Shown here: positions 41,868 through 52,970 of the stretch, piece by piece
Layout of the letters: each line of letters begins with the position of its first letter
How positions within the stretch are numbered: position 1 is the first letter of the stretch
DNA from: Myxococcota bacterium
GTDB lineage: Bacteria; Myxococcota_A; UBA9160; UBA4427
Reading direction: 5' to 3'
Assembly (NCBI GenBank): GCA_965250285.1
Contig: OZ252299.1
Location: 4,832,001-4,896,000, forward strand
Length of the DNA stretch: 64,000 nucleotides
The notes under the pieces: generated by a model
What the model was told of the DNA's origin: nothing
What the model saw: only the letters and a program-made list of their open reading frames with translations
Database searches by the model: none
Made by a program: the position numbers and the translations under genes

Positions 41868-42782
41868 TCAACGGCCCGTCGATTTCTCGTCGCGGCGCGC
41901 CTCCCACTCTTCGACCGTCTTCGGCCAGTCCTGCTTGAGCAATCGCGAGAGCGCCCGGTCGGCCAGCAGCTTGCCGCCCGTCTGACACGTCGGGCAGTAG
42001 TTGACCTCGTTCTCGGCACGCACGATCCGCTGCACCTTCTGACCGCACACCGGACAGGTCTCGCCGAAACGACCGTGCACCGCCATCTCGGGCCGAAACG
42101 CAGTGACCTTCTCGGGGAAGCCGTCGCCGACGTCGGCCCGCAGTCGCTCGGTCCATGCCCGCAGCGTGTCGCGGGTCGCGTCGTACAGTCGCGCGATCGT
42201 TTCGTCGTCGAGGTTCTTCGTGAGCTGCACGGGTGAGAGCCGGGCCGCGTGCAGGATCTCGTCGCTGTAGGCATTGCCGATGCCCGAGAAGAGATGCGGC
42301 GCCGTGAGCGATCGCTTGAGCGTGTGGTTCTCGCAGCGAAGCGCCTCGCCGAACTCGTCGAAGCTGCAGTCGAGCGGCTCGACGCCGCCCGGATCGTGTT
42401 CGGCCAGACCGGCGCGACCTTCGACCAGATGAATGCGCGCCCGCTTCTTCGTGCCCTGCTCGGTCAGATGCATCGAGCCGTGCTCGAAGTCGAAGCTCGC
42501 GTGACCGGTCTTGCGCGGCGGCGTCGCACCCGCCTTCTTCCAGTGGAAGCGCCCGGCGATCATCAGGTGCACGACCACGAAGAGCTCGCCCTCGAGCTCC
42601 CAGACGACGCGTTTGCCGAGGCGCGAGAAGCCGACGACGCTGCGTCCGGCGAAGGCATCGACGCCGGGCTCGACGGTCTTCAGCACCGACGGGCTGAGAA
42701 TGCGAAGACGCTCGAGGGGGCGACCGCCGAGGAGCGCTTGGAGGCGCTCGACGTACAGCGTGACGTCAGGGAGCTCGGGCAT
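41868..42782 (-). CDS. Fpg/Nei family DNA glycosylase
   Basis: MPELPDV, HLMIAG, GIGNAYSDEIL and zinc finger CPVC..CPTCQ. Confidence 0.92.
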   Translation of the reverse strand: MPELPDVTLYVERLQALLGGRPLERLRILSPSVLKTVEPGVDAFAGRSVVGFSRLGKRVVWELEGELFVVVHLMIAGRFHWKKAGATPPRKTGHASFDFEHGSMHLTEQGTKKRARIHLVEGRAGLAEHDPGGVEPLDCSFDEFGEALRCENHTLKRSLTAPHLFSGIGNAYSDEILHAARLSPVQLTKNLDDETIARLYDATRDTLRAWTERLRADVGDGFPEKVTAFRPEMAVHGRFGETCPVCGQKVQRIVRAENEVNYCPTCQTGGKLLADRALSRLLKQDWPKTVEEWEARRDEKSTGR

Positions 42783-42880
42783 CGCGCCGGCCTCCGGTGG
42801 GGAACGGATCGGGCCCCGACAGCATCGCATAGGGCGGCGCTCCACCGGCGGCCCACCGAGATCGCTACGCTCTTCACGTC

Positions 42881-43498
42881 ATGAGACGACGCTTCGCCCG
42901 ACCTCTCCGCGCCCTGCCCGCGCACCTGCTCGCCCTGTCGATCGCCCTCTCGCTCGTGTCGGGGTGGCTCGCCGCGCCGGCTGCGCTGGCCCAGGGCGTC
43001 GACGTCAACGATCTGCTCCAGCCGAGCACGCCGTCACAGATCGAGTTCACCGTGAGCGCGTTCGGGCCCGGCGACGTGCGCAAAACCGAGACGCAGCGCG
43101 AGCAGGTGACCGACCTCGCACGCCGACGCCTGGGCATGCCGATCGGCCGAGATACGAAGACCGACATCGAGACGATGCAGCGACTGCTCGACGGCGGCTA
43201 CGTGGACGAGAACGACACCTTCATGCTGCAGTCGTTCGGCGTCGTGCTCGGCGATGCGCTCGCCCGCGACATGCGGATCCTTCAGTGGGCGGTGGTCGAC
43301 GACAAGTTTGGCCACAGTCGTGCGCTGCAGTACCGCACGACCGACCAGGTCTTCTTCCCGGTCACGATGATCTCGAAGCGCGTGCAGCACGGGGAGACGG
43401 TCGACGTGCAGGCCCTCTACGACCAGGTGAAGGCCGGCGCCGAAGCACTCGAGGTCAACCGGGACGAGCACCTGCGCCGCACGCGTGGCCGACGCTGA
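42881..43498 (+). CDS. Exported DUF3806-domain protein
   Basis: Signal peptide, LQSFGVVLGD, W.VVDDKFG.SRAL and FPVTMISKR. Confidence 0.75.
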   Translation: MRRRFARPLRALPAHLLALSIALSLVSGWLAAPAALAQGVDVNDLLQPSTPSQIEFTVSAFGPGDVRKTETQREQVTDLARRRLGMPIGRDTKTDIETMQRLLDGGYVDENDTFMLQSFGVVLGDALARDMRILQWAVVDDKFGHSRALQYRTTDQVFFPVTMISKRVQHGETVDVQALYDQVKAGAEALEVNRDEHLRRTRGRR

Positions 43499-43507
43499 GC
43501 CCTCGAC

Positions 43508-44152
43508 TCAATCGGTCGAAGCGCTGAGGGCGGGGTGCAGGCGCGTCAGGGTTTCGACGAGGGCCTCGCGCTCGGTCTGCAGGCGGCCGTCGAGCCACTG
43601 CAGCACGACCCCGGTCTGCATGGCGAGCGCGGCGCTCGCGGCGACGGCCGGATCGACGTCGATCTCGAGGCGACCCGCTCGGCGGAGCCCATCGAGACGC
43701 TGCTCGACGCCGCGGGTCGAGAACGTCAGCGCGGGCTCGCCCGGGACCGCGGCGGGCAGCGGCCGCCCGAACGAAACGCGGAAGAAGTCGGGCCAGGTCT
43801 GGGCGAAGTCACAGAGCGCGCCCACGAGCGCGCGCACCTGTTCTTCGAGTGAATCGGCCTCGGCGGCCGCCTTCGCGAGCCGCGCCTGCAGCCCCTCGAA
43901 GGTCTGGCGCACGACCGCGCGGTGCAGCGCGTGCTTGTCTTCGAAGTGCGCATAGAAGGTGCCGACCCCGGCGCCGGCCGCGCGCGCGATCTGATTCGAG
44001 TTCGCCCCCTCGAGCCCACGTTCGGCCAGCAGTGCCGCCCCAGCCTGGAGCAGTCGCGCCCGGGCCGCCTCCTGGGCCTTCTGGCGGCGGTCAGCCGAAA
44101 CGCGAACACGTTCGCCAGTGCCGGGGGCCGTCGACGCGACGCTCTCATTCAT
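43508..44152 (-). CDS. TetR family transcriptional regulator
   Basis: [19 protein letters not shown] helix-turn-helix. Confidence 0.9.
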   Translation of the reverse strand: MNESVASTAPGTGERVRVSADRRQKAQEAARARLLQAGAALLAERGLEGANSNQIARAAGAGVGTFYAHFEDKHALHRAVVRQTFEGLQARLAKAAAEADSLEEQVRALVGALCDFAQTWPDFFRVSFGRPLPAAVPGEPALTFSTRGVEQRLDGLRRAGRLEIDVDPAVAASAALAMQTGVVLQWLDGRLQTEREALVETLTRLHPALSASTD

Positions 44153-44319
44153 GATGATACTTCCATCAGAGCCCTCGATGAACTCGATCGATCAATCGGA
44201 CAACTCTTGGATCGATTGATCAGACGAGCCAGAGCAATATGGATCCATCGATTTTGATTCATCCGTATTCGATAGATATCGCCTTTCTGGAATGATCTCA
44301 AGGAGTCGATGGATCCATC
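44152..44319. promoter_or_regulatory. AT-richer palindrome cluster (candidate operators)
   Basis: TGATG-N7-CATCA (44152-44168), GATCAATCG/CGATTGATC (44190-44221), ATGGATCCAT (44239-44248) and GATGGATCCATC (44308-44319). Confidence 0.55.
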
Positions 44320-44508
44320 AAACGAGAATGAGGGCCGACCGGCGGCCAGCCGGCGCTGACTTGCGATCCCCGCGGCTCGAACCGCATCAAAGCGAACCCG
44401 ACGGGCCGCCTGCGGTGTCCGACCGACTCCTCGCCCGCACCGTGCGCTCGCCGGCACCGTGGCTAAGATGGGCGACGCCCCCGACCGCCTGGACCGAACG
44501 TCGCGACC

Positions 44509-45693
44509 ATGACTGCTCCGCAACCGCCGCATCGCTCGACCCACCGCGAACCCGAGCGCTCGGCCCCGGCACGTCCCCGCCGGGATCGTCGGGCGCCGAC
44601 CCAAGCGCCGAACCAGGTGCCGAAGACGACGGCCGAGGGCCGGGCGGCATCCCTTCTCTTCTGGATCTCGTTCTGGGGCATCTGGCTCGCCATTGGCGCG
44701 GCACTCGGCATCCTCGCCGGCCGCGCCAACGTGGCGCACGCAGAGCCGGGCTTGATCGACGGCATCGCCGCGCAGGTCGGCACCGAGATCGTGCTGATCA
44801 GCGAGGTCCAGGAGCTCGCCAAGCCGATCGAAGATCGCATGCGCGCTCAGGGCGCCAGCGAGGCCGACGTCCGCAACATGTACGGCGACGCGCTCGAGCG
44901 ACTGATCGAGTCGAAGCTGATCGAAGGGGTCGTCAAGCGCCTCGAGCTCGAGGCCACCGATCAAGAGATCGACAACGCCGTCTACGGCATCGCTCAGGAC
45001 AATGGTCTCACGATCGAACAGCTGCAGGCGAGCGTGCGCAGCCACGGTCTCTCGGTGCAGGAGTACCGCGAGAAGATCCGCGGCGAGATCGAGCGCTCGA
45101 AGGTGCTCAACGCCATGGTGCGTTCGCGCGTGCGCGTCGAGCCCGAAGAGGTGCAGGCGCTCTTCGACAAGCGCTTCGGGGATCAGCGCGACGAGGGCGA
45201 AGAGGCGTACCTGCGGCACATCCTCGTCGGGGCCGGGCCGAGCGCGATGCGCGACGTCGACACGGCGTGCCGCATCGCACAAGAGGCACGCGACCGGATC
45301 GCCGGCGGCGAGATTGCGTTCGGCGACATGGCCCAGCGCGTGACCGACATGAACCCCGAGAAGCGAGGCGAGCTCGGTTGGCTGCACGTCGCCGACATGG
45401 CCGGATGGATGCGGTCGCCCCTCGAGACGATGCAGCCGGGCGACATCTCCGAGGTGATCCCGACCGCGTTCGGCTGCAACGTGATTCAGCTGGTCGAGCG
45501 GCGCGGCTACGAGCCCGTCACGTTCGAAGCCGCCGAGCCGATGCTCATGGCCGAGCTGAATCGGCAGAAGACCGACGCGGCCTACCTCGAGTGGCTCGAG
45601 ACCCTGCGCTCGCAGACCTACGTCGCGCGACACGGTGTGTTCGACGAGGCCGTACGCATCGAGCAGGTGACCGGGCCGCCGCGCACGCCATGA
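44509..45693 (+). CDS. surA: SurA-type chaperone / PpiC peptidyl-prolyl isomerase (start may be downstream)
   Basis: [46 protein letters not shown] and WLETLR..TYV. Confidence 0.85.
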   Translation: MTAPQPPHRSTHREPERSAPARPRRDRRAPTQAPNQVPKTTAEGRAASLLFWISFWGIWLAIGAALGILAGRANVAHAEPGLIDGIAAQVGTEIVLISEVQELAKPIEDRMRAQGASEADVRNMYGDALERLIESKLIEGVVKRLELEATDQEIDNAVYGIAQDNGLTIEQLQASVRSHGLSVQEYREKIRGEIERSKVLNAMVRSRVRVEPEEVQALFDKRFGDQRDEGEEAYLRHILVGAGPSAMRDVDTACRIAQEARDRIAGGEIAFGDMAQRVTDMNPEKRGELGWLHVADMAGWMRSPLETMQPGDISEVIPTAFGCNVIQLVERRGYEPVTFEAAEPMLMAELNRQKTDAAYLEWLETLRSQTYVARHGVFDEAVRIEQVTGPPRTP

Positions 45694-45787
45694 GCCCGGG
45701 GCATCGCGGGGCATCCCGACGGCAGCCCACCCGATCCGGTCGCACCACGACCCGCTTGCGCGACCGCTTCGACGCGTGGACCCGCGC

Positions 45788-48661
45788 ATGAGCAGCGCGC
45801 TCACGGCCGAACGCGCGGGCCTGGCTCGAAGCCCCGACGAGATCTGCGTCGAAGGTGCGCGCGTCCACAATCTGAAGGGCGTCGACGTGCGACTGCCGCG
45901 CGACCAGCTCGTCGTGATCACCGGGCCGTCCGGCTCGGGCAAGTCGAGCCTCGCCTTCGACACGCTCTACGCCGAAGGGCAGCGGCGCTACGTCGAGAGC
46001 CTGTCGACCTACGCCCGCGGTTTCCTCGACCAGCTCGAACCCCCGGACGTCGACGAGATCACGGGGCTCTCACCCGCCGTGGCCATCGAGCAGAAGTCGA
46101 TCTCGCGCAGCCCGCGCAGCACCGTTGGCACGGCAACCGAGATCGCCGACTACCTGCGGCTGCTCTACGCGCGGGCCGGTGAGCCCGAGTGCCCCAAGTG
46201 CGGCAAGCCGATTCAGCAGCAGACCGTCGCCGACATGTGCGCGCGCGTCACTGCGCTGCGGGTGGGCACGAAGATCCAGGTGATGGCGCCCGTGGTGCGC
46301 GGTCGCACCGGTGCCTACAAGAAGGAGATCGACGGATACCGCGATCGCGGCTTCACGCGCCTGCGTGTCGACGGCGAGATGGTCGACCTGGCCGACGACG
46401 TGAAGCTCGCCCGCACGAAGCGCCATGACGTCGACGTCGTGATCGATCGACTGATCGTGAAGGAGGGCATGGAGAAGCGGCTCGCAGGCTCGCTCGAGAC
46501 CGCGACCCGCCTCGCCGATGGGCTCTGCATCATCGACATCGTGGGCGGCGGCGACCCGCCGATCGACGCGGACGAATGGCTGCTCTCACGGCAGAACGCC
46601 TGCGTCGACTGCGGCATCAACTTCCCCGAGCTCGCGCCGCGCTTCTTCTCGTTCAACAATCCAGCGGGCGCGTGCCCGAGCTGCAATGGGCTGGGCCGCG
46701 TGCGCCGCTTCGACGCCGACCTCGTCGTGCCCGACACCGATGCTCCGCTGCGCACGGCGATCGAGCCGTGGCAGCGCAAGCGCACCCAACGCTACTTCGC
46801 GACGCTGCTCGGCGATCTCGCCGACCACCTGGGCGTCGATCTCGACACGCCCTGGGGCGAGCTGCCCGCGAAGATCCGCAAGGCTCTGCTCGAGGGCGTG
46901 AAGGGCGAGGTCCCGTTCTCGGTCGGCCTGCGCCCGACGCGGGGCGGCCGCGCCCGCAAGAGCAAGGTCAAGCGCCCGTGGAAAGGTGTGCTCGACGAGC
47001 TCGCGCGTCGCGAGGACGAACGGCTCGCGCGCTACCAGACGCAGCACCCGTGCGACAGCTGCAACGGCGAGCGTCTGCGCGAAGAGGCCCGCCACGTGCG
47101 CGTCGGCGGCCAAACCTTGCCCGAGCTCGGGCGCATGCCGATCGACGAGCTCGCCGAGTTCATCGGGCGACTCGAGCTGCGCGGCACGCGCGGCGAGGTC
47201 GCCGATCGGGTGCGTGAAGAAATCACCGAGCGACTCGACTTCTTGCGCGACGTGGGCCTCGGCTATCTCAGCCTCGATCGCGAGAGCGGCACGCTGTCGG
47301 GCGGCGAAGCCCAACGCATCCGACTCGCGACGCAGATCGGCACGGCACTCCTCGGCGTGCTCTACATCCTCGACGAGCCATCGATCGGTCTGCACGCGCG
47401 CGACCACGCGCGTCTGCTCGCGAGCCTCGAGCGCCTACGCGACATGGGCAACACGATCGTCGTCGTCGAGCACGACGAAGACACGATTCGGGCCGCGGAC
47501 TTCGTCGTCGACATGGGGCCGGGCGCGGGGAGACACGGGGGAGAGGTCGTGGCGACGGGCGCACCCGATGCACTCGCACGCGACGAAGATTCGCCGACCG
47601 GTGTGTGGCTCTCAGGGGTGCGTCGAATCGCGCTGCCCGACGCGCGGCGCACAGGCGAGGGCGACGTCCTCGTGCTGCGCGGTGCCCGCGGCCACAACCT
47701 GAAGGACGTGACGCTCGAGCTGCCGCTCGGCCGACTCGTCGTCGTGACGGGGGTCTCCGGCTCGGGCAAGTCGACGCTCGTCAACGACACGCTGCACCGT
47801 GCGCTGGCCGCCCGGCTGCATGGCGCCCTCGCCGTGCCCGAGCCCTTCGATGCGCTCGACGGCGCGGACGCGATCGACAAGGTGATCGACGTCGACCAGG
47901 CGCCGATCGGACGTTCACCCCGGAGCAACCCGGCCACCTATGCCGGGGCGTTCGACGGGATCCGCAAGCTCTTCAGCCAGGTGCCCGAGGCGCGGGCCAA
48001 GGGCTGGGGACCCGGGCGCTTCTCGTTCAACGTGAAGGGCGGGCGCTGCGAGAGCTGCGAGGGGGACGGCCAACGCAAGGTCGAGATGAGCTTCCTCCCC
48101 GACCTCTATGTCACCTGTGAAGTCTGCAACGGACGCCGCTACGACCGAGAGACTCTGCAGATCCGATACAAGGGCCGCAGCATCGCCGACGTGCTCGAGA
48201 TGACGGTCGAAGAGGCCCTCGATCTGCTGGGCAACGTCCCCACGATCAAGCGGCCCCTGCAGGCGCTCTCGGATGTCGGCCTCGGCTACTTGCATCTCGG
48301 CCAGTCGGCCACGACGCTCTCGGGTGGAGAGGCTCAGCGCGTGAAGCTCGCGCGCGAGCTCGCGCGGCGCAGTACCGGTCGCACGCTCTATCTGCTCGAC
48401 GAACCCACCACCGGTCTGCACTTCTCGGACGTGGCGCGGCTGGTCGAGCTCTTGCAACGCCTCGTCGACCTCGGCAACACGGTCGTCGTGATCGAACACC
48501 ACCTCGACGTCGTGAAGTGCGCCGACTGGGTGATCGATCTCGGCCCCGATGGCGGCGCGGCGGGGGGCGAGATCGTGGCCTGCGGAGCACCCGAGGTGAT
48601 CGTCGCCGAGCCCCGCAGCGTGACGGGGCGCGCGCTGGCGCGCATGCTCGAACCCAGCTGA
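45788..48661 (+). CDS. uvrA: Excinuclease ABC subunit A
   Basis: [28 protein letters not shown], two LSGGEAQR motifs and zinc fingers. Confidence 0.98.
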   Translation: MSSALTAERAGLARSPDEICVEGARVHNLKGVDVRLPRDQLVVITGPSGSGKSSLAFDTLYAEGQRRYVESLSTYARGFLDQLEPPDVDEITGLSPAVAIEQKSISRSPRSTVGTATEIADYLRLLYARAGEPECPKCGKPIQQQTVADMCARVTALRVGTKIQVMAPVVRGRTGAYKKEIDGYRDRGFTRLRVDGEMVDLADDVKLARTKRHDVDVVIDRLIVKEGMEKRLAGSLETATRLADGLCIIDIVGGGDPPIDADEWLLSRQNACVDCGINFPELAPRFFSFNNPAGACPSCNGLGRVRRFDADLVVPDTDAPLRTAIEPWQRKRTQRYFATLLGDLADHLGVDLDTPWGELPAKIRKALLEGVKGEVPFSVGLRPTRGGRARKSKVKRPWKGVLDELARREDERLARYQTQHPCDSCNGERLREEARHVRVGGQTLPELGRMPIDELAEFIGRLELRGTRGEVADRVREEITERLDFLRDVGLGYLSLDRESGTLSGGEAQRIRLATQIGTALLGVLYILDEPSIGLHARDHARLLASLERLRDMGNTIVVVEHDEDTIRAADFVVDMGPGAGRHGGEVVATGAPDALARDEDSPTGVWLSGVRRIALPDARRTGEGDVLVLRGARGHNLKDVTLELPLGRLVVVTGVSGSGKSTLVNDTLHRALAARLHGALAVPEPFDALDGADAIDKVIDVDQAPIGRSPRSNPATYAGAFDGIRKLFSQVPEARAKGWGPGRFSFNVKGGRCESCEGDGQRKVEMSFLPDLYVTCEVCNGRRYDRETLQIRYKGRSIADVLEMTVEEALDLLGNVPTIKRPLQALSDVGLGYLHLGQSATTLSGGEAQRVKLARELARRSTGRTLYLLDEPTTGLHFSDVARLVELLQRLVDLGNTVVVIEHHLDVVKCADWVIDLGPDGGAAGGEIVACGAPEVIVAEPRSVTGRALARMLEPS

Positions 48662-48723
48662 GGCACCGCACGGCGATCGCGACGCGTCGCGAAGCACGCA
48701 AAGAGAGAGGCACCACCCGAACC

Positions 48724-49806
48724 ATGTTCGACCCCTTCGAAGACGAAGAGGCATCCGGGGAGCCGCCGCGGCCGCCGTTCCCGACGCCGATGGTGGCGTT
48801 GATGCTCACGTTCGGCGCCTCGCTGGCGGCGATCGTGATCGCGCTCGTCTTCTTCGAACGCCTCGATCTGCTCGCCGTCGGCGTCGGCGAGGCGCTCGGT
48901 GTGGGCCTCGTCGCGACGCTGGCCGCGCGGCGCGTGCCCGAGCCCCAGGCCGAGCGGCTCGGTCTGCAGGGCTTTGCGCCGCGGCTGATCCCGGCGCTGA
49001 TCTGCATCGTGCCGATCGTCTTCCTCACGAGTGAGCTCGACAACGTCGGCCGCAGCATCGACGGCTGGATGCCCCCCCTCGCTCTCGAAGAGGCGCTCGT
49101 CGTCGAGCCGCCCGCAACCGGCGAAGAGACCAGCGACGCCACCACGCCCGCGACCGGCGACGAGCGCAGCGACGCCACCCCGGTCGCGCCCGACGAAGGG
49201 AGCAGCGACACCGAGACGCCGATCGAGTCGTTGGACGACGCCGCGATCGCCGAGGCGCTCGCCCAAGCCGATGCCCTGTTGGAAGAGGGTGCGGGGCCGT
49301 CGGATGATGCCACCGCACCGCTCGACCTCGAGCCACCCGAAGGCTTCGCGCTCTTGCAGGTCGCGATCGTGCGGCTCGGCATCTCGCCCGTCGTGCAGGG
49401 CTTTCTCTTCTTCGGTGTGATCCTGCAGGGCGTGGTGACCTGGCTCGGTCGTACGCGCGGGCTCCTCCTCACCGCGTGTCTCTACTCGCTGATTCACGCC
49501 TTCGCGCAGGCGCCGACCGATCCCGGCCTGTTTCGCGCCGTCGCCGCGATCGTCTCGTCGATCGGTGTCGGCCTCGTGCTCGGGATCGCGCGTCTCTCGA
49601 CGGGTTCGGTGCTGGCGCCCATTCTGCTCGACACCGCCCTCAAGGCCGTCGGTCTCTTCGCGTGGACATCCCCCGCCGTCTTCGCCGTGCGTGGCTACAA
49701 CGTCGGACCCGACGCGCACACCCCCATCGTCGTGCTGATCCCATCGCTGATCGCCGTCGCGTGGGGCCTGCGTGTCCTCGTTCGACAAAATCGAGGCGCG
49801 TGGTGA
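48724..49806 (+). CDS. CPBP/Abi-like intramembrane protein with degenerate catalytic motifs and an acidic insert
   Basis: PVVQGFLFFG (EExxxR position), LYSLIH and GSVLAPILLDTALK (HxxxN position). Acidic repeat PATG.E.SDAT. Confidence 0.7.
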   Translation: MFDPFEDEEASGEPPRPPFPTPMVALMLTFGASLAAIVIALVFFERLDLLAVGVGEALGVGLVATLAARRVPEPQAERLGLQGFAPRLIPALICIVPIVFLTSELDNVGRSIDGWMPPLALEEALVVEPPATGEETSDATTPATGDERSDATPVAPDEGSSDTETPIESLDDAAIAEALAQADALLEEGAGPSDDATAPLDLEPPEGFALLQVAIVRLGISPVVQGFLFFGVILQGVVTWLGRTRGLLLTACLYSLIHAFAQAPTDPGLFRAVAAIVSSIGVGLVLGIARLSTGSVLAPILLDTALKAVGLFAWTSPAVFAVRGYNVGPDAHTPIVVLIPSLIAVAWGLRVLVRQNRGAW

Positions 49807-51437
49807 GCGCCACTGCGTCGGCCGATCCCCGCCGCGTCGCCCTCGGCGTCTGGCTCGCACTGGCGGCCGGCCTCGTCGCCGCCTTCTGGGGGCTCCTCAG
49901 CTTCGATCCCCAGCAGGGCGTGTTCCGACCGGTCGAGGGCATCGAGGGCGTGCTCTTCGACCCGAGCGGTGAGGATCCCCGCCTCATCGGTGTGCTCGCA
50001 TTCTGGCTGCTGCTCAACCGTCGCGGCCGACTCGCGGCGGCCTGGCAGAACGAATCGGGGCGGCCCGGCGTCGCCGCGCTGCTCTTCGTCGGGGCGATCG
50101 CCGTGCAGGCTTGGGCGGCCCACGTCGGCGCCCCCGACCTGCAGATTCATGCGCTCCAGCTCTTTCTGCTCGGCGGCGGTGCGCTGCTCGCCGGTCGGGC
50201 GGGCCTGCGGATCGTGCTGCTGCCCGTGCTCTTCCTCTTTCTCGCGGTGCCGATCCCGGCCGCGGCGCTCAACGCCGTGCTCCTGCCGTTGCAGCTCGCC
50301 ACGGTGCAGGTGTGCACGGCGATCCTTCAGTTGTTCGGTTTCGAGGCGCTCGGCTCGGGCGATCAGATCCTTACGCATCGCGGCATCTTCCACGTCGTCG
50401 AGACCTGTTCGGGCGTTCGACTCGTGCAGACCCTGCTGATGGCGGCGGTGGTGTACGCCGAGCTCTTCGCGCGCAGCGCACGCCATACGCTGCTGCTCGT
50501 CGCGCTCGCTCCGGTCGTCGGGATCGTCGTGAACCTGGCCCGCATCCTCTCGATCATCTTCAACCCCTATGCCGCGATCACCTCGGTGCATACGACGCAG
50601 GGCGTCGCGATGGTCGTGGTCGGCGTGCTCGTGCTGGCGGGGCTCGATCGCCTGCTCGCTGGCCGCGCCGGCGCATCGCGCCAACGCGACGAGCCGAGCG
50701 CGGCGCTGCTGGCGCATCCCCTCGACGCCCGGCTCGGGTTGATCGCAGCCGTGCTGGTCGCCCTGGTCGCGGCACACGGGGTGACACCGCGTTGGCAGAA
50801 CGACACCGAGTGGCCCGAGATCGGCGACCTGCCGCGGCGCATCGAGGGTCTTCGTTCGAACGGTCGATTGCCCGACCTCGTGTTTCTGGGAAGCGTGGGT
50901 TTCTCGGATCGAATTCAGCGCGAGTACGCCCCGCGTGGCGAGGCCGCGCGCGATTCGGTGCTCCCGATCACCGTCTTCTTCGGCAGCGACGATCACACGA
51001 ACCGTCGAGGCAGCATGCTGTCGGGCAAGACCGCGTATCCGGGCCAGGCGTGGCAGAAGCTCGGCGTGACCGAGGCCACGCTCGGCGACGGCACGCCCGT
51101 CGAGGTGGCGCTCTTTGCGCACCCCGAATCGGGGCGGCGCATCACGGTGCACTGGCTGGAAGGGTTCTCGAGCCCCTGGGTCGAGGCCCTGCGAGGATGG
51201 TCGGGTATTGATCGCAGCGCCCTGCGACGCCCCGAACGTGCGTTCGCCTGGCGCGTGTCTGCGCCCGTGACCGACGCCGGTGAGCTCTCGGCCGTGCAGA
51301 CCGACCTGATTCGCTTCGCCAGTGCTGCACGCAGCGCCTGGGCCGCGGCCGAGGCCAATGCGCGGGCCCGCATCGAACGAGAACAGGCCTCGGGTGCCCG
51401 AAGGGGCACCACCGCGCGACCGGCGGGACCGGTCTGA
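49803..51437 (+). CDS. Exosortase fused to a C-terminal EpsI-like domain
   Basis: LFLAVPIP, PLQ, VVETCSGVR (Cys), VNLARI (Arg) and VHTTQG (His). Soluble C-terminal domain with YPGQAW. Confidence 0.88.
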   Translation: MSATASADPRRVALGVWLALAAGLVAAFWGLLSFDPQQGVFRPVEGIEGVLFDPSGEDPRLIGVLAFWLLLNRRGRLAAAWQNESGRPGVAALLFVGAIAVQAWAAHVGAPDLQIHALQLFLLGGGALLAGRAGLRIVLLPVLFLFLAVPIPAAALNAVLLPLQLATVQVCTAILQLFGFEALGSGDQILTHRGIFHVVETCSGVRLVQTLLMAAVVYAELFARSARHTLLLVALAPVVGIVVNLARILSIIFNPYAAITSVHTTQGVAMVVVGVLVLAGLDRLLAGRAGASRQRDEPSAALLAHPLDARLGLIAAVLVALVAAHGVTPRWQNDTEWPEIGDLPRRIEGLRSNGRLPDLVFLGSVGFSDRIQREYAPRGEAARDSVLPITVFFGSDDHTNRRGSMLSGKTAYPGQAWQKLGVTEATLGDGTPVEVALFAHPESGRRITVHWLEGFSSPWVEALRGWSGIDRSALRRPERAFAWRVSAPVTDAGELSAVQTDLIRFASAARSAWAAAEANARARIEREQASGARRGTTARPAGPV

Positions 51438-51667
51438 CACCGTGGGTCAAAGTCGAATCTCAGGTGGGATGTGAGGCGCAGCTCAGCCGCAGTGACTGTC
51501 GAAGAGATGCGTCTAACACCTCAGGCACGAGCCCGAAGGCGCCGATGAAACGGGGTGGATGGTCGCCGTCGCGGACACTTCGGGACGTCGGTTTCCGGTC
51601 GCGAACGATTCCGAAATCCCGAAGGGATTCAGGGAGATCCGTGCCGAGTGACAATCCATCTGCTTGC

Positions 51668-51696
51668 TTGTAAATGGGTTTCCCTGCTGTTAGCGT
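51668..51696 (+). promoter_or_regulatory. Candidate sigma70 promoter
   Basis: TTGTAA-N17-TAGCGT in a lower-GC intergenic stretch. Confidence 0.45.
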
Positions 51697-51794
51697 TGCG
51701 CGCGTATACGCCCAACTTAGGTCACTCGATGCGCAAGACGGTGCGCGCCCCGCACCGCTTACGGAGCATGGAGAGGATCGTGGAGGAAGGTCTG

Positions 51795-52766
51795 GTGGAA
51801 AGAACTGGGGGTTTCCGCATCTCTGCAATCGCCGCGGCGGCGTTGCTTCTGCTCGGCGGCGGCGAAGCTTTCGCGGGCGCGACGAGTGATCTCAATGCCG
51901 ACACCGTCGGCTGCTTCAACCGAGCACTCGGCGGCAGCCCCGGCTCGATCTGGAGCATGAGTGCATCGAACGATCCCGCAGGCCCCGCGCTGTGGACGGA
52001 GTACGGCGGGCGTGGCTCCACGATCGTGCCGCTCGTGGCCAAGTGGGGCGGCGGCGCCGTCTCGGGCGTGGGTGCAGCCGACGCGACCGAAGACCCCACC
52101 GTGTTCTGGACCGCCGAGACGATCGCGTCCGGCGCGCCGAGCACGACGAGCGCGGCGTACGAACTCGCGGTCGTCGGCGCCTACGGCGGCACCAACGATC
52201 CCGTGCCGCTGGCCGGCAACTTCGGCGGCGCTGGCCTGCCGGGCGTCGGTCACTACTACCACGACTCGGGCGTCTGGGTGCTCGACACGAACCCGGGCAA
52301 CGGCACGCTGATCCCGGCGTTCGCATTCGGCCCGACCGGCGACCCGGCGGACATCATCCCGGTGGTCGGTGACTTCAATGGCGACGGCAACGACACCGTC
52401 GGCATCTACGACCGCCCGAACGGCACGTTCTTCCTGACGACGACCGTGCTGCAGACGCCGACGTCGATCAACCCGAACGCCTTCGAAGAGATCAACAACA
52501 CGGCGCTGATCTTCACGTTCGGTCCGACCGGCGACAACTGGATCCCCGTGATCGGCGACTGGGATCTCCAGAACGGCGACTCGATCGGCCTCTACGATCC
52601 CGAGACCGGCACGTTCTACCTCAAGAACTCGAACTCGGACGGCAGCGGCCAGGGCCCCGGTGGCAGCGACATCACCGAGGGTGCAGACATCATCACGACG
52701 TACAGCGATGGTGGCACTCCGGCCGACTGCGTGCCGATCGCCGGCAACTGGAACATCGGCGGCTGA
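51795..52766 (+). CDS. Secreted protein with FG..GD.PV.GD(F/W).GDG.D.G.Y repeats (FG-GAP-like propeller)
   Basis: GTG with GGAGGAAGG RBS, signal peptide ending AFA, repeats IPVVGDFNGDGNDTVGIY and IPVIGDWDLQNGDSIGLY. Confidence 0.82.
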   Translation: MERTGGFRISAIAAAALLLLGGGEAFAGATSDLNADTVGCFNRALGGSPGSIWSMSASNDPAGPALWTEYGGRGSTIVPLVAKWGGGAVSGVGAADATEDPTVFWTAETIASGAPSTTSAAYELAVVGAYGGTNDPVPLAGNFGGAGLPGVGHYYHDSGVWVLDTNPGNGTLIPAFAFGPTGDPADIIPVVGDFNGDGNDTVGIYDRPNGTFFLTTTVLQTPTSINPNAFEEINNTALIFTFGPTGDNWIPVIGDWDLQNGDSIGLYDPETGTFYLKNSNSDGSGQGPGGSDITEGADIITTYSDGGTPADCVPIAGNWNIGG

Positions 52767-52791
52767 TCCGCAGCGATCCAGAATGAAGAAC

Positions 52792-52827
52792 GAAGGGCAG
52801 CCCACACGGGCTGCCCTTCTTCGTTTC
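52792..52827 (+). terminator. Rho-independent terminator
   Basis: GAAGGGCAGCCC-ACAC-GGGCTGCCCTTC followed by TTCGTTTC. Confidence 0.8.
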
Positions 52828-52970
52828 GGGGCCTCTGTTCGCCGCTCGGGTGTCGATCGGCGCAAGAAGCCCGTGTGATACCCTGTGGTTCCGCGACCCA
52901 GGTGGCCGACCCACGCGTCGGGACAGCCTGCGGTCGACCCGCCCTCGCGAGGAGCGGTGCCCATCTCGTC

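Noticed and set aside
45694..45787. LexA/SOS box upstream of uvrA
   Set aside because: No recognisable palindromic SOS motif.
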